DNA of 54,755 nucleotides, filler included, from Tortispora ganteri (Eukaryota), in NCBI GenBank assembly GCA_003707115.1. It is 3 parts of 3 records of this genome, joined end to end, with 100 filler letters (N's around TTAATTAATTAA, not from the genome) between each part and the next. Parts side by side here need not be neighbours in the genome. Positions count along the whole stretch, not along the records: positions 1 to 22,081 come from PPNB01000046.1; 2 more parts are not named here. One strand, given 5' to 3'. Numbering within the stretch: position 1 is the first letter of the stretch; every line of letters begins with the position of its first letter. The translations under genes and the position numbers were made by a program. Of this stretch, positions 1-11,658 are shown in pieces. The notes beneath the pieces were generated by a model. That model saw only the letters and a list, made by a program, of their open reading frames with translations. It was not told the origin of the DNA and did no database searches.

Positions 1-160
1 AGAAGTAACTATAGCAACATAGGAACGCACACAGATCAATTCTGATAAAGGGCGTGCTCCCTTTCTGGCATCGCTATACCCCCATTTCTTTAATTATAAA
101 TCCGAAACTAGACGCTATTAGAAGCATTAGTTACTTATTTGACTATTAAAATTGTCCAAA

Positions 161-757
161 ATGTCGACATTCTTTGATGAAATGAAAAAATCGTTCGCTG
201 ATGTCTCCATCAGTGATCGTCAGGAGATTGATACTGCAGAGTTCCTTGAAGCCTCAGAATCGTTAATTAAGTTATTCGATTTGCTGGATTCGCCTGCATT
301 TTCTGTTGTTCAAAAAGATATGAAAGGAAATGTTGATAAAATTCGCGAGAGATTGCTTGCTAAGCCCATTGATGCGCAGACTTTGCAGAAGCTAGTATTG
401 GATGAGAAGGCCAACAAGACCACTAAGGCCACGCAGGGGCTGCTGTGGCTGACACGAGGATTGAAGTTCACTGCCACTGCTATTCGAAAGAATGTGAGCA
501 ATGAAAGCGAGGAACTGACAAAATCATTCTCTGATGCTTATTCGGAAACTCTTTCTAAATATCATTCCATGATGGTAAGGCCTATATTCAAGTTGGCCAT
601 GAAAGCTGTGCCATATCGCAAAGATTTCTATGCTAAGCTTGGATCTGATGCTGCGAAAGTCAAAGAGCAACTTCTTGTCTGGCTAAGTGCGTTGGAGAAC
701 ATAGTTCAAATCATTGAGGAGTTCTATGAGTCTGGAAATTATGGCAAGGGATTGTGA
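161..757 (+). CDS. Glycolipid transfer protein (GLTP / HET-C2 family)
   Basis: GLTP motifs: FLEASESLIKLFDLL, VQKDMKGNVDKIR, ATQGLLWLTRGL, AYSETLSKYH, AMKAVPYRKDFY. First ATG is at 161; the ORF-track start at 152 is TTG. Confidence 0.9.
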   Translation: MSTFFDEMKKSFADVSISDRQEIDTAEFLEASESLIKLFDLLDSPAFSVVQKDMKGNVDKIRERLLAKPIDAQTLQKLVLDEKANKTTKATQGLLWLTRGLKFTATAIRKNVSNESEELTKSFSDAYSETLSKYHSMMVRPIFKLAMKAVPYRKDFYAKLGSDAAKVKEQLLVWLSALENIVQIIEEFYESGNYGKGL

Positions 758-850
758 GTGCATTTCGAGCGTTTTTTCGGCCAGCGTATAATAACAAGAC
801 GACGTAAAATCATTAGTTTTAATTCATTATTCTCGATAGGTTGCTGTAGA

Positions 851-1693
851 TTAGATACCATCGATGACCATGTTTTTCCGACACTTACAGAGACTAGAGA
901 GAACCTTGTATGCGGGGAGAGGGCCCGCAATCCATGGACAATATGCGCGGTGGTTATGGAATGGGTCGAATTCACCTTCAAGCGATACATTGCGGAAGCA
1001 CATATCGCAATGGGCCACGTGCCTACCACCAAAACTAGGGCGTGCTTGCCAGCCAAACATAGCTAATATGCATTCTGGAGCAGACGAAGCGGTATTTTTG
1101 AAGTTGTGAACTGTGAGGTTCGCTAGTGATAAGGAGGAGAATGACTTTGTTCGCTGGAAATAGTCTGTGAGGGCCTGGTCTGGGTCCGAAAAGGAGACAG
1201 TGTAAGTAGAATCTGGGGATTGGCGTTTTGCCCAAAGGCAGTTTGGGTAGTGATCAGTTATGAGATTAGCGTACTTATCGCACAGAGCGACGTCGACATC
1301 TGGGTGGTCAGTGAGACGCAAAACGTGAGACTTAGTGCATAGAGAGCAGGTCACTGTGCAAGGACCGGTGCATATCCAGCCTGCTTTAGCCCATTCGGGG
1401 GCAGCGAGGCGTGGATATTTTAATTCGTCAAAGGGCCAGCGGACAAACTTAAATGATGATAATCTGTGAAGGAGTGCTGTACGATCCCAGGGGGCATAGT
1501 TGGTCTTTGAACGCAATGATGGCGGATCTGTATGCTCCATGGAGATAGACGTAGAAGCGGTATGTGGATAGTTATGGGACAATTTGCGTCGCAACGCCTG
1601 CATGCGTGAGAATCTATCTGCAAGATCTTTAGATGCTTTAGGAGATTCACCCAAGTAGGAGTCTACGAGTTCTGAAATTGAACGTTTTGCCAT
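851..1693 (-). CDS. C3HC zinc-finger / Rsm1-domain nuclear pore-associated mRNA export/retention factor (Rsm1/Pml39/NIPA-like)
   Basis: PWDRTALLHRLSSF...AKAGW...CSLC...H...CLW (zf-C3HC), then LAMFGW...CDMCFR...FDPFHNHRAYCPW (Rsm1 repeat). Confidence 0.85.
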   Translation of the reverse strand: MAKRSISELVDSYLGESPKASKDLADRFSRMQALRRKLSHNYPHTASTSISMEHTDPPSLRSKTNYAPWDRTALLHRLSSFKFVRWPFDELKYPRLAAPEWAKAGWICTGPCTVTCSLCTKSHVLRLTDHPDVDVALCDKYANLITDHYPNCLWAKRQSPDSTYTVSFSDPDQALTDYFQRTKSFSSLSLANLTVHNFKNTASSAPECILAMFGWQARPSFGGRHVAHCDMCFRNVSLEGEFDPFHNHRAYCPWIAGPLPAYKVLSSLCKCRKNMVIDGI

Positions 1694-2027
1694 TTGTGAG
1701 CTGCGACAAGTGGGTCAAGTTTTATGAGGGAAAGAAGGAATGTTGTTTTTGGGACGTTGAGATCAGGGCCGGGGGAAAGAAGGTATTGAATACGGTTTAT
1801 CGGAGAATATTTGCCACCTAAATATTACAATAGAATGACTAGATCAGTATATTGAATGAGCTCATTATTATTAAAAATGTTTCTGAATGCTATCATTAAA
1901 TAATATAAGGCGTTAAACCGTTTGTATGAATGCTCTATTCATTCTAAACATTGACTTCGGCAGGGTAATGCTTACTTCTTCCAACTAAATTGAGTTCTTG
2001 AACACTGGCAACGCCATTTTCATTATT

Positions 2028-3062
2028 ATGGCATACGCAGTCGAGCGCAAGGTAGCCGAGCTTGCTGTAATTCGTGCATGTAGATTGACAAATGCCGTTG
2101 CAACGTCACACAAGCTAGGAACGCTTACGAAGTCTGACCAGTCACCCGTGACCGTCGCTGACCTGGGTGCTCAAGCTCTGATTAACCACGCAGTACGCCA
2201 GTGCTTTCCACGAGATGCTATTGTGGCTGAAGAGGATGCAAAAGTTCTGCGAAGCGATTCAGACCTTGCACAAAGAGTATGGAATCTTATACAAACGTGC
2301 TATAATGAAGAAACCAATACCGAAGAGTCATCTACTATGGGACGACTCTCTTCCGTCAGCGAGATGCTTGATGCGTTAGACTCCGGAGACTCTAAGGGTG
2401 GCCCTGTCGGCCGCATATGGGCATTAGACCCGATCGACGGAACCAAGGGGTTTATTCGTGGTGGTCAATATGCCGTTTGTCTCGCGCTCATTGACAACGC
2501 CCAGGTAAAAGTTGGCGTCATAGGCTGCCCCAACCTACCTATTGATCCTGCCAACCCGGATGGCGCTAAAGGTGTCCTTTTGTCGGCAGTAGCAGATAAT
2601 GGTGTCTACAGTATACCATTTGAGCCTAAGACAGGACAGATGATCGCAGATCGCGCGCGTGTGAGTATGCGTGACATTAAGTCCACTACAGATGCCTCAT
2701 TTTGCGAATCTGTCGAGGCAGGACATTCTTCGCACGACGACAATGCCAAGATTGCACAGATACTCGGTATAACTAAACCTTCTGTCAGAATGGACTCACA
2801 GGCCAAATATGCATCTATTGCTCGCGGTGATGGCGATATATACCTCCGTCTACCGGTCTCGGACACTTATCAGGAGAAGATATGGGACCATGCGGCAGGA
2901 AATGTTATAGTAAAAGAGGCTGGAGGTGACGTCACTGATATTTTTGGTCAACAACTCGATTTTGGCGTTGGAAGGACACTGATAAAAAACAAAGGAGTCA
3001 TTGCTGCACACAAGAGTATTATGCCGGAGGTGCTGGCGGCAGTTGCCAAAGTGCGTCTATAA
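2028..3062 (+). CDS. MET22: 3'(2'),5'-bisphosphate nucleotidase (Met22/Hal2)
   Basis: KSDQSPVTVAD, WALDPIDGTKGF, ESVEAGHS, RMDSQAKY, EKIWDHAAG. ATG at 2028. Confidence 0.95.
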   Translation: MAYAVERKVAELAVIRACRLTNAVATSHKLGTLTKSDQSPVTVADLGAQALINHAVRQCFPRDAIVAEEDAKVLRSDSDLAQRVWNLIQTCYNEETNTEESSTMGRLSSVSEMLDALDSGDSKGGPVGRIWALDPIDGTKGFIRGGQYAVCLALIDNAQVKVGVIGCPNLPIDPANPDGAKGVLLSAVADNGVYSIPFEPKTGQMIADRARVSMRDIKSTTDASFCESVEAGHSSHDDNAKIAQILGITKPSVRMDSQAKYASIARGDGDIYLRLPVSDTYQEKIWDHAAGNVIVKEAGGDVTDIFGQQLDFGVGRTLIKNKGVIAAHKSIMPEVLAAVAKVRL

Positions 3063-3135
3063 CTAAATTCCTACAAAAAAGAATCCACAAAAGAAAAAAT
3101 AAAATGGAAATAAAATTATTTAGTATTGATTTTAT

Positions 3136-3747
3136 TTACTTGACTTTGCGCTGTTTTAGCTTGATAGTCTCGTCATTTACAAATATACCTTTGCCCTTAT
3201 ACGGCTCTGGTTTCTTTATAGCTCTGATTCGTGCCGCGAATTGCGTGACCTTTTGTAAATCAACACCTTTAATCACCAATCTCGTAGGTTGCGGCAGAGT
3301 AACAAACAAATCATTAGGAACAGTCACTTCAACGTCGTCTGCAAATCCTACTTTGATCACCACAGTGCGGTCCTCATCCTTCAATAGAGCACGATATCCT
3401 GTTCCGACGAATTTCAAGATCGCTATATGATCTTCCGTCACGCCCTGGATGTGATTGGCCAAGATCGCCCGCGCAGTGCCCCACATTTGTCGTTGTTTTT
3501 TTATGCTTGCATCCTCTACACTAACACTGATATGGTCAGTTCCTTGTTTCTCAATACCTACGAACCCCGGTAGGTCCATGGACACTTTGCCCTTAGGTCC
3601 TTCTATATATGCTCGCTGGTACCCCGGCCGTGAGGCGATGTTCTTCTCTATTTCAATGCTTGCACCTTCTGGCACGAAGATCGACATACGTCCAATGTGC
3701 GACCATCGTCGGCCGATCGTTCGCGCCAATATAGTGCGATTCATCAT
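3136..3747 (-). CDS. MRPL6: Mitochondrial ribosomal protein uL6m
   Basis: Arg-rich presequence followed by SHIGR, GPKG, MWGTARA, GTGYRA, PEPYKGKGI. Confidence 0.93.
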   Translation of the reverse strand: MMNRTILARTIGRRWSHIGRMSIFVPEGASIEIEKNIASRPGYQRAYIEGPKGKVSMDLPGFVGIEKQGTDHISVSVEDASIKKQRQMWGTARAILANHIQGVTEDHIAILKFVGTGYRALLKDEDRTVVIKVGFADDVEVTVPNDLFVTLPQPTRLVIKGVDLQKVTQFAARIRAIKKPEPYKGKGIFVNDETIKLKQRKVK

Positions 3748-4040
3748 TTTTTTTTGTGTGGTCGAAATGTGTGCGTGTGTCCCGGGTCAACTACTCAAAT
3801 TCTGCACGTAGCCAATAACACACATCGTTCAAAGAATAGAGTTTCCATCTGCCGCTCATACATATATACACACACACAAACACTACATACACTACTCATA
3901 AATCGCTGATTATACCACTACGAATTGTTTAGCCGGCTTTAACCTCTTGTACCACTATATTGCTCCACTCTGAGCCGCGCTGACGTTGCGCTCACTCCAA
4001 AGAATCCAAACGACAGTTATCTTAGAGCAACGCACGCGCA

Positions 4041-7000
4041 ATGGATATATGGCACGAGGTAACGTATTCTAATTACTTGAGTTCCTTATAGGCGCTTAAC
4101 TAACATATCCTAGATTCAAAATACACATTTGTATTCTGAAGAAATAAAGGTCGTGAAGTTCGATCCCGTACAAGACCTCATTTGGTCTCTGTCCTATAGC
4201 GGCAACGTCCAGTCGTTCATCGGTCCAGAAATGTATCCATACGTTAAGTTCACAGCACACGATACTGGTGGTGTAGATCTTTTCTTCACAGATCTCGGTA
4301 TTTTATCAGTAGGAAATGACTCAATTAGGCTAACTGAACGCACAGGAGTCTGTATTTTCTTCAAACGATTCACGAACGAAACTTTCACCTCAGCCATTAT
4401 TGATAGCGCTACTACGCACCAGATAACAATCGCCGCTCAGAATAAATGGATACGTTTCAATTTCAAATCTCGTGAAATTGTTGCCACTTTCCCATCAAAA
4501 TTCACTAACATCCACTCGGCAAACCAGATTCGAAACAGGATAGTTGCAGCTTCCGACTCCCGCCTTCTTCTCTTCAACACAACAAATATGGAACTAGTCT
4601 CAGATATAGAAACTTCCTCAGTCATAAAGTCGCTTACTACCCATGGAGACTTGATCTTAATTACATCGGGCTCGTTCAGACTTCACTCTCATGATCCAAT
4701 GGTCAAAGTATACGATATTCGGCTAAAGGCATACAGAGCCCCAATAGCGTTCCCTTACGGTGCGGCCTTTGTCACGTTCCATCCTAGACTTTCAGGAACC
4801 GTTGTTATTGCATCTCCATACGGCCAGATTCAGATCCACTCAATTGAACGCCCACAGGATTTCTCAATTGTTTATACCAGTGTTTACAATATCGGCATCA
4901 CCAACCTCCAAATATCAGCTTCTGGTCAGGCTATAGCATTTGCTGACATGTCTGGAATGTTTCATCTACTCGCAACAACTAGCTATCCTCACTTCAATCG
5001 CTCACCAGAAACAGTCGCTATGCCCACTTCTTACTTCAAACCGGCCTCTAACCCTGTCGCCATTGATGACTACACATATCCTCTGAACTCGGTAGGAATG
5101 CCGCACTACACTCGACTATTACTTTCAGTATGGCCAAGCAATCAAGTGGTGAATGTCGCAAGACCACCTGTATCCATAGAACCTCCTTCTGCTCCCATTG
5201 TGGTGCTCAAGGACGGCACAAAAATATACCAGTTCCAAGGAAAACACAGAAGGTACCAAACAGACACAAAGTCTCACAAAGAATCACAATCAAATTCGTA
5301 CCAACCGAAGTTTAGAAGTGAATTAGAACGAGCTGGAATCTCTTCTAACGATCCCAATAAGCTTCTCGAAAACGAGGACACGAATTTGCATGATATTTCT
5401 AAGGCTTACAAACAACTATGCATTCAGTATAGTAAATTTGGTGCCTTTGATTTTGATTTTAGTTTCTTTAATAAGACATGCTTTTCTGGATTGGAAACTC
5501 AGCTCGATTATGCATATCTTAACTCTTTCTTGCAGATTCTTAGGTACATTCCTGTGTTCTATAACCTTGCAATGAACCATGTTGCCAGGGACTGCCCTAA
5601 TAATCTTTGTTTGTTATGTCAAACAGGATTTTTGTTTGATATGCTCGAGAAATCTAAAGGCGAACACTGCAGAGCTGCGAACCTCTACCAAATTTTGTCT
5701 GAGTATCCTGTGGCCAAAGAATCTGGATTTTTACCTAAAAATTCGCAGATGAAGAATGGATCAAATTTAAGTGGTATTGTTCAGGCATTTGCTCACTTTT
5801 TTTTGGAAACAATATATTTACAAGCAACATACGCGCAGACAATCCCTGAAAATTCCATAACGGATGATCTTGCTCTAATATACAATGAGCGAAAAGTATG
5901 CTTAGAGTGCGGTGCTCAGACACAAAATAGGATTGCACATTTTGCTCTTGATTTGGTTTATGATTTTGTAACCGAAGATACTACCTTTGAGTCGCTTCTT
6001 GAATCCAGTCTCTCTATAAAGTTTCAGACTACCGGCTCGTGCAGCGTTTGTCACCGAAATGCCCCTTTCTATAATGAGAAAGTCTTAGAAAGATTACCTG
6101 AATGTTTAACGATTTCTTGTAACGTGACAGGTTCAGAGAACAGAGGTTTCTGGCACAAACAGGGTGCTCCACGTCGACGACTGAATATATTTCAAGGTAC
6201 TGACTCTCTCGCAATATTCAACTCAGATGCTCCTGTTTATGCTTCTGAAGGGCTAGCTGAGTATGAACTAACTGGTATACTAGCAGAAGTGACTGATCAA
6301 TCTGACTGTTCTCATTTAGTGGCTATTGTGAAGGTGCCCGAAGATTTAGAAGCGGATAAACCGTCGAAATGGTACTTATTCAACGACTTTTTAGTTAAGG
6401 AGTTATCAGAAGATGAAGCTCTGAATTTTACTCCTATTTGGAAGATTCCGAGTTTACTTTGCTATCGCAAGAAGAATTCTATGCGAGATAGTTTTGATAA
6501 GTCTTGGAAGGAGAGCATAAACAAATCGGTGTTGTATGATGCAACGTCTATCAACGGTGTGAGTCAGCCGTACGTTTTCAACGAGGAAGACCAATTAGAT
6601 GAGAACTCTTTGCTTGCTATAGATGCCGAATTTGTGTGTCTTCAAGAGGCTGAAAAAGAAGAGAAGAGTGACGGCAGCGTGCGATTTATTCGGCCTTCGC
6701 AACTATCCTTAGCGCGAGTTTCTGTGCTAAAGGCCGATTCAAGTACGGAGAACTGCACTACTGTTATCGATGACTGGATAATGACCAAACAGGACGTGGT
6801 TGATTATGTGACGAAATTTTCAGGTGTCAAGGAAGGTGACCTTAATCCTAGGACGTCTACACACCCGCTGGTGTCGCTAAGAAAGGCGTACCGGAAACTA
6901 TGGGTGTTGTTGAACTTAGGTTGTGTATTTGTGGGACACGGACTACAGAATGACTTCAGGACAATTAATTTACATGTGGGAGCGGAACAGATACGGGATA

Positions 7001-7248
7001 CGGTGGAGTTGTATTATATCAATGCCAGACAGAGGAGACTCTCTTTAAGATTTCTTGTGTGGTATGTGCTTCATGAAGATATTCAAACAGATATGCATGA
7101 CTCGATTGAAGATGCTAAGTACGCATTGAAGCTCTATAACGAGTACAAAAAGTATAAGTCACAAGAGGAGTTTGAAGAACTATTGGAGCAAATTTATGCA
7201 TACGGCCAAGGTGTCAACTACAAGCCGCCAGTTGAGTCTGCTGTATAG
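4041..7248 (+). CDS. PAN2: Poly(A) nuclease catalytic subunit Pan2 (WD40 + inactive UCH + DEDD exonuclease); 2 exons
   Basis: Exon 1 4041-4058 (MDIWHE), intron 4059-4113 (GTAACG...AACTAAC...TAG), exon 2 4114-7248 in frame with the ORF. Motifs: YSKFGAFDFDF, AIDAEFV, GHGLQNDF, HDSIEDA. Confidence 0.93.
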
Positions 7249-7321
7249 AGGATGAATCAATGAATTAAACAAAAAAAAGTGTAACACTTAAAATATTGTA
7301 GAAAATGTAAAGAGGCTGTCA

Positions 7322-8617
7322 TTAATTGGGGGTAGCTGCTGTGCCATTAGAAGTTGAGGAGGAAGAGGCTAGGGGTTCAGACCGTTTCCAGCCTTTTCTC
7401 CAAAGGAGGTCGAGCTGGTGTTCTGTCTCTTTCGAGAGTTCGAAGGTACCTTTTGGCATCTGAGGAGAAGTAGGCGAAGCAAAATGTGCAGAATTGAACC
7501 TGTTAGGGGTGCGAGGAGTAGGTACTGAAGGGGGATCAAAATATTGAGAGGAAGGTCTTGTAGAAACATTAGGCGATGACGGGGTAGAGGAGGCAGTGAG
7601 GAGACAGGAATCTAGAAGCCCTTGGTCGTAGAGCCGTTCAATAGCGGCAAGAACGGGATTTGTGAATCTACGCAAAGACTCATAGTCTTGTGTGGCTTTT
7701 TCTATTTCTCTGATCAGTTTGGCGTTTAGGAAGCTGTGATCTTTTCTGTTTGACATGTCCTTTATGCTTGCGCGCTGGAGCCAAAGTCGTTGCTGTGTTC
7801 TTGTTTGAACGGCACCCTTGACAGCAGTTGGAATATATTTGACGTCTATTGCAGAATTACGTGATGCGAGATTGGTTTCCGGTGCAGAGTCTGGTGTTGT
7901 GATTGCACCAGGTGCAGGTGTACTGGCTCCAGAGGCTGCTGCAGTGCCAGCGGAGTTAGGAGTCTCGCTGAAAGGCTGCGAATAGTTGGACTCTAAATTT
8001 TGCAATGACGAATTTATATTTTTGTTCAATGAGGAAGCGACAGTATCTGTGAGCTGCGAGGTAGTCATTTGTGATTGGTGGGCGGATACATGAACATCAT
8101 TACCGGAATCAGGAATAGATGCCAGTACATACTCAGCGTCATCATTGTAAGGGATCATGTCACCCGGGGCGCCGTTATAGACGACGTTTCTATCGAGCGA
8201 CAAGTTTTTTAATTGAGCGCTTATATCCTCCTGGTCACTGTCCTCGACGAAATCGGCATCGTCATTATCACCATCCTCATCATCGGGGGCACCGAGTTCA
8301 AGAATAGCTGAGCCTTTTCTGGCCGTTGAACGACGAGGTTGTTGTTTTGCAAGAATCAAATCAGTATAAGATTTATGTAAGGATGTCACGTCAGTAGTAC
8401 TTTTCACACGTGACGGTTTTACCTTGGCAGTTGATGTCTTTCGTAGAAGTGCACGTTCAGCTAGACTACCAGACGATTGCGTGCGTGTGAGCGGCATCAG
8501 TGATACCGATCTGTTCAGTTTTGTCTGAGATTTCACATGAGATAATGATTTGTGATGTTTTGACGATGCTGCAATTATTTGCTTTGATCCTTTCCGATGA
8601 TGCGTCTCTTCGGGCAT
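7322..8617 (-). CDS. TCO89: Tco89-domain protein (TORC1 subunit-like), mostly low complexity
   Basis: TRTQQRLWLQRAS...YESLRRFTNPVLAAIERL matches the Tco89 conserved block. Confidence 0.7.
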   Translation of the reverse strand: MPEETHHRKGSKQIIAASSKHHKSLSHVKSQTKLNRSVSLMPLTRTQSSGSLAERALLRKTSTAKVKPSRVKSTTDVTSLHKSYTDLILAKQQPRRSTARKGSAILELGAPDDEDGDNDDADFVEDSDQEDISAQLKNLSLDRNVVYNGAPGDMIPYNDDAEYVLASIPDSGNDVHVSAHQSQMTTSQLTDTVASSLNKNINSSLQNLESNYSQPFSETPNSAGTAAASGASTPAPGAITTPDSAPETNLASRNSAIDVKYIPTAVKGAVQTRTQQRLWLQRASIKDMSNRKDHSFLNAKLIREIEKATQDYESLRRFTNPVLAAIERLYDQGLLDSCLLTASSTPSSPNVSTRPSSQYFDPPSVPTPRTPNRFNSAHFASPTSPQMPKGTFELSKETEHQLDLLWRKGWKRSEPLASSSSTSNGTAATPN

Positions 8618-8853
8618 TTCTAATGTTGGTCGTGATAGTACAAATGCGGTTGTTGTCTGTGTTTAAAGCTTAGAAGGGGGTCGTATGCGTTTCTTTCAAT
8701 CTACTCAGAGGGTTGATCAACGCTATTCTACTTCCTCCTTCTCGTCGTTTAGTACAACCGCATGTGTGTGTACAAATATCTCGATAATCACGTTATCAAT
8801 AAGAATTTCAGCAGTGCCGTACAGTCGTAATAGCATTTACATACAAATGTCAC

Positions 8854-8863
8854 GTCACGTGAC
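8854..8863. promoter_or_regulatory. Palindromic GTCACGTGAC (Cbf1/bHLH-type E-box) in the TCO89/BCKDH divergent promoter
   Basis: Perfect 10-bp palindrome preceded by a partial copy (GTCAC). Function is inferred. Confidence 0.4.
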
Positions 8864-8987
8864 ATCGGTTAGTCGCAATAGCCGTTCGAACAACGTTAAG
8901 GTTACTGACAGCAGCTCCATAACGCGCGGGGGTAAGTATCAGCGATTTTCAGAAACCGTCAAAAATAATAAAAAAAAGAAAAACAAC

Positions 8988-10325
8988 ATGTACAAACGCA
9001 TTGCTTTAGTGACAGTTCGACCACGCTGGACAGTGTTGACTGTTCCCAAAAAGACAATTAAACGATGTATATCGCAGAAAGCTTCTGGAGTCGAGAAGGA
9101 GCTTGTGTTTCCGGGCGCCGTCCGATCACAGTTCACTAATATGTTGCGATTCTATGATCCTACTACTGACAAAAGTATGGATACATACCGATGTGTCGAC
9201 CTTTCCGGATCTCCAATAGATCCAGAATATAACCCCGCAGATGATCCGTTTTTCTCGCAGGAAAAGGTCACAAAAATGTACAGAGATATGGTCACTATAT
9301 CGATCCTAGACACTATCATGTACGATGCCCAACGTCAGGGCAGACTCAGTTTTTATATGGTCAATGCCGGTGAGGAAGGTATAGCCGTCGGCTCTGCTGC
9401 AGCTCTTAGTGAGGACGATATTCTCTACTGCCAGTACCGTGAGGCTGGCGTTCTCCTTCACCGCGGTGTACCTCTCGACGAGATGATGAACCAACTCTAT
9501 GCCAACGAAGCTGACACTTCAGCCGGTCGCCAGATGCCTGTTCATTATCAAAGCCGCGAGCATAATATCCACCCGATTTCTTCTCCACTTGCGACCCAGA
9601 TCCCGCATGCTGCTGGCGCTGCTTATGCGCTCAAGATCGCAGGTAAAGAGGCCGCAAGTATCTGCTACTTCGGCGAAGGCGCGGCTTCTGAAGGCGACTT
9701 CCACTCCGCATTTAACATTGCTTCTACCCGCTCTTGCCCTGTTGTATTCATCTGTCGCAACAACGGCTACGCTATCAGCACGCCTACCCTTGAGCAGTAC
9801 CGCGGCGATGGCATTGCCAGTCGCGGTAAGGGCTACGGTATCGAGACTATCCGTGTAGATGGTAACGATATCTTTGCGGTTTATCGCGCCACCAAGGACG
9901 CACGCAAGATTGCTATTGAAGAACAACGACCTGTGCTTATCGAAACAATGTCTTACCGTGTATCACACCATTCCACTTCCGATGACTCGTTCGCCTACCG
10001 CGCCAAAACAGAGGTAGAAGACTGGAAACGTCGCGACAACCCTATTTCTAGACTCAGAAAGTGGATGACTAACCAGGGGTACTGGAACGACGCAATAGAT
10101 GCCGATACACGGGTCGAGCTGCGAAAAGAGGTTCTGAAATCTTTTTCGAAAGCTGAGAAACTGAAAAAGCCAGAAATAAGTCTGCTTTTTGAAGACGTGT
10201 ATGACGAACTTCCGCTGAACCTCAAGGAACAGCGTGAAGAACTTGCCGAAATCCTCGATACATACCCTGAGAACTACCCATTGTCCGTTTTTAAGAACGG
10301 AAGGGAAGGTTTGGGTGATCAATAA
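8988..10325 (+). CDS. Branched-chain 2-oxoacid dehydrogenase E1 alpha subunit, mitochondrial
   Basis: AQRQGRLSFYM, QYREAG, GRQMPVHY, ISSPLATQIPHAAG, FGEGAASEGDFH (TPP binding), YRVSHHSTSDDS. ATG 8988 follows an A-rich leader and starts a basic presequence. Confidence 0.93.
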   Translation: MYKRIALVTVRPRWTVLTVPKKTIKRCISQKASGVEKELVFPGAVRSQFTNMLRFYDPTTDKSMDTYRCVDLSGSPIDPEYNPADDPFFSQEKVTKMYRDMVTISILDTIMYDAQRQGRLSFYMVNAGEEGIAVGSAAALSEDDILYCQYREAGVLLHRGVPLDEMMNQLYANEADTSAGRQMPVHYQSREHNIHPISSPLATQIPHAAGAAYALKIAGKEAASICYFGEGAASEGDFHSAFNIASTRSCPVVFICRNNGYAISTPTLEQYRGDGIASRGKGYGIETIRVDGNDIFAVYRATKDARKIAIEEQRPVLIETMSYRVSHHSTSDDSFAYRAKTEVEDWKRRDNPISRLRKWMTNQGYWNDAIDADTRVELRKEVLKSFSKAEKLKKPEISLLFEDVYDELPLNLKEQREELAEILDTYPENYPLSVFKNGREGLGDQ

Positions 10326-10476
10326 GCACATGTATGCATACATACACGTATACTGTACATATATATGCGCAGATGCATAGATCCATAGGGAAGTACAGTG
10401 TGAGTTGCACCTTTTTTTGACGTTTATACATAACATAATAAACTGCTATTTTTGGACGTCAGGTTTATTGTAGAAG

Positions 10477-11364
10477 ATGCCGCAAAAGGACAAAAAGAAA
10501 AAAAAGGAGGATCAGGAAGCAGAGAAGAAGAGCGTCAGCGGTTTTGAGTCTCAAATAGGTGCTAGCAGCATCAACACTTCATCTTACAAGACTAAAACTA
10601 AAGTAAAACCGTACAAGGGCCCAGAAGAAGAAGCGAGACCTGTAGGATTAGGTCCTCTTGTAAGTAGCGGTCCAAGAGAGACAGACGAGTTGGCCATTAA
10701 TGAGGACGATTATGAGCGCCCATACTTGGCATACGGTCATATATCTACGGCCAACCTTTTAGGTACGCCTATAGAGCGACCGGACAATAGTAATCCTAAC
10801 CGTCCAGCAGATGAAAGACCATTAGCGACTATTTATGGGTTCGAATACTGCTCTACTGGGCAGGATCTGTACATTGAGATGATTCAGAACTATGATCTTG
10901 CATGGGAAGACAGACCACATACGGCTGCTAGCAGTTTTGATTGGAAAACGCGTCAATACAAGGATTTTGAAGAGCCACAGAGACGTCCCAGGATCAATCT
11001 TGACAGTACCGGTCCCGAGAGAACAAAGACTAGAGGAAGAAGGAAGAGCAGACAGAAAGGCAAAGGCAAGGATGTAGACGCCGAGAAGTCTAACAGACCA
11101 GATAAAGAGAATCCAAGTAAGAAACATAATAAACTTCAGAGTTCTACTGATCAGCCAGAAAACGATACTAAGCTGTTGTCTCAGAATAAGCCAGTGCGTT
11201 CAAGATCAGACGGGCAAATGAATCCAGATCAAGATCAAAGAGAACAAGATAAACAATCAGCCACAAATCAGAAACCTATAATGCCTTTCATACCAGGATC
11301 TAAATCAGTCAAGTGTCATAAAAAGTCTAAACCCATCAAGTCAAAGAGATCCAATCAAACTTAG
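10477..11364 (+). CDS. DUF2406-like protein with basic low-complexity tail
   Basis: GTPIERPDNSNPNRPADERPLATIYGFE resembles the DUF2406 motif PD-SNPTR-R-ERPLDTIR-FE. Confidence 0.6.
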   Translation: MPQKDKKKKKEDQEAEKKSVSGFESQIGASSINTSSYKTKTKVKPYKGPEEEARPVGLGPLVSSGPRETDELAINEDDYERPYLAYGHISTANLLGTPIERPDNSNPNRPADERPLATIYGFEYCSTGQDLYIEMIQNYDLAWEDRPHTAASSFDWKTRQYKDFEEPQRRPRINLDSTGPERTKTRGRRKSRQKGKGKDVDAEKSNRPDKENPSKKHNKLQSSTDQPENDTKLLSQNKPVRSRSDGQMNPDQDQREQDKQSATNQKPIMPFIPGSKSVKCHKKSKPIKSKRSNQT

Positions 11365-11583
11365 AAGTATAGAGATTCATGACTATGTCTTTGCCATTGT
11401 CGACGATAACAACTACATTGAACTTAACTGATTAAGTAGTACGCATTCAATTGATAGAATATAATTGTTTATAATTATTAATATATTCATAAATTACACA
11501 GTACTGTACGTTAATATAAATTTTAATAGACTTATTCCGTAGACTAAGCTGCAATGCACATGTAAGTCAATGATCTACCATAT

Positions 11584-11593
11584 ATCACGTGAT
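11584..11593. promoter_or_regulatory. Palindromic ATCACGTGAT (Cbf1-type E-box) upstream of PEX10
   Basis: 10-bp palindrome 65 nt upstream of the PEX10 ATG. Confidence 0.35.
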
Positions 11594-11658
11594 TAGAGTT
11601 ATTCCTCGGGACAAAAGTACCTGCAACACCCCCCGCCTGGCTATGGTATTGCACTACA

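Noticed and set aside
5480..5540. Pan2 UCH domain lacks the catalytic Cys
   Set aside because: Known, general property of Pan2; not novel.
8685..8987. 101-codon N-terminal extension of BCKDH E1a in the ORF track
   Set aside because: Covers the divergent promoter (E-box, A-rich leader); ATG 8988 gives a normal mitochondrial presequence. The TTG/GTG-started extensions of GLTP, MET22, TFG2, PRP17, MSY1 and the ureohydrolase were rejected for the same reason.
11378..11432. Possible C/D snoRNA (ATGACTA...CTGA) downstream of the DUF2406 gene
   Set aside because: Poor C box, no terminal stem and no rRNA-antisense guide that I could identify.
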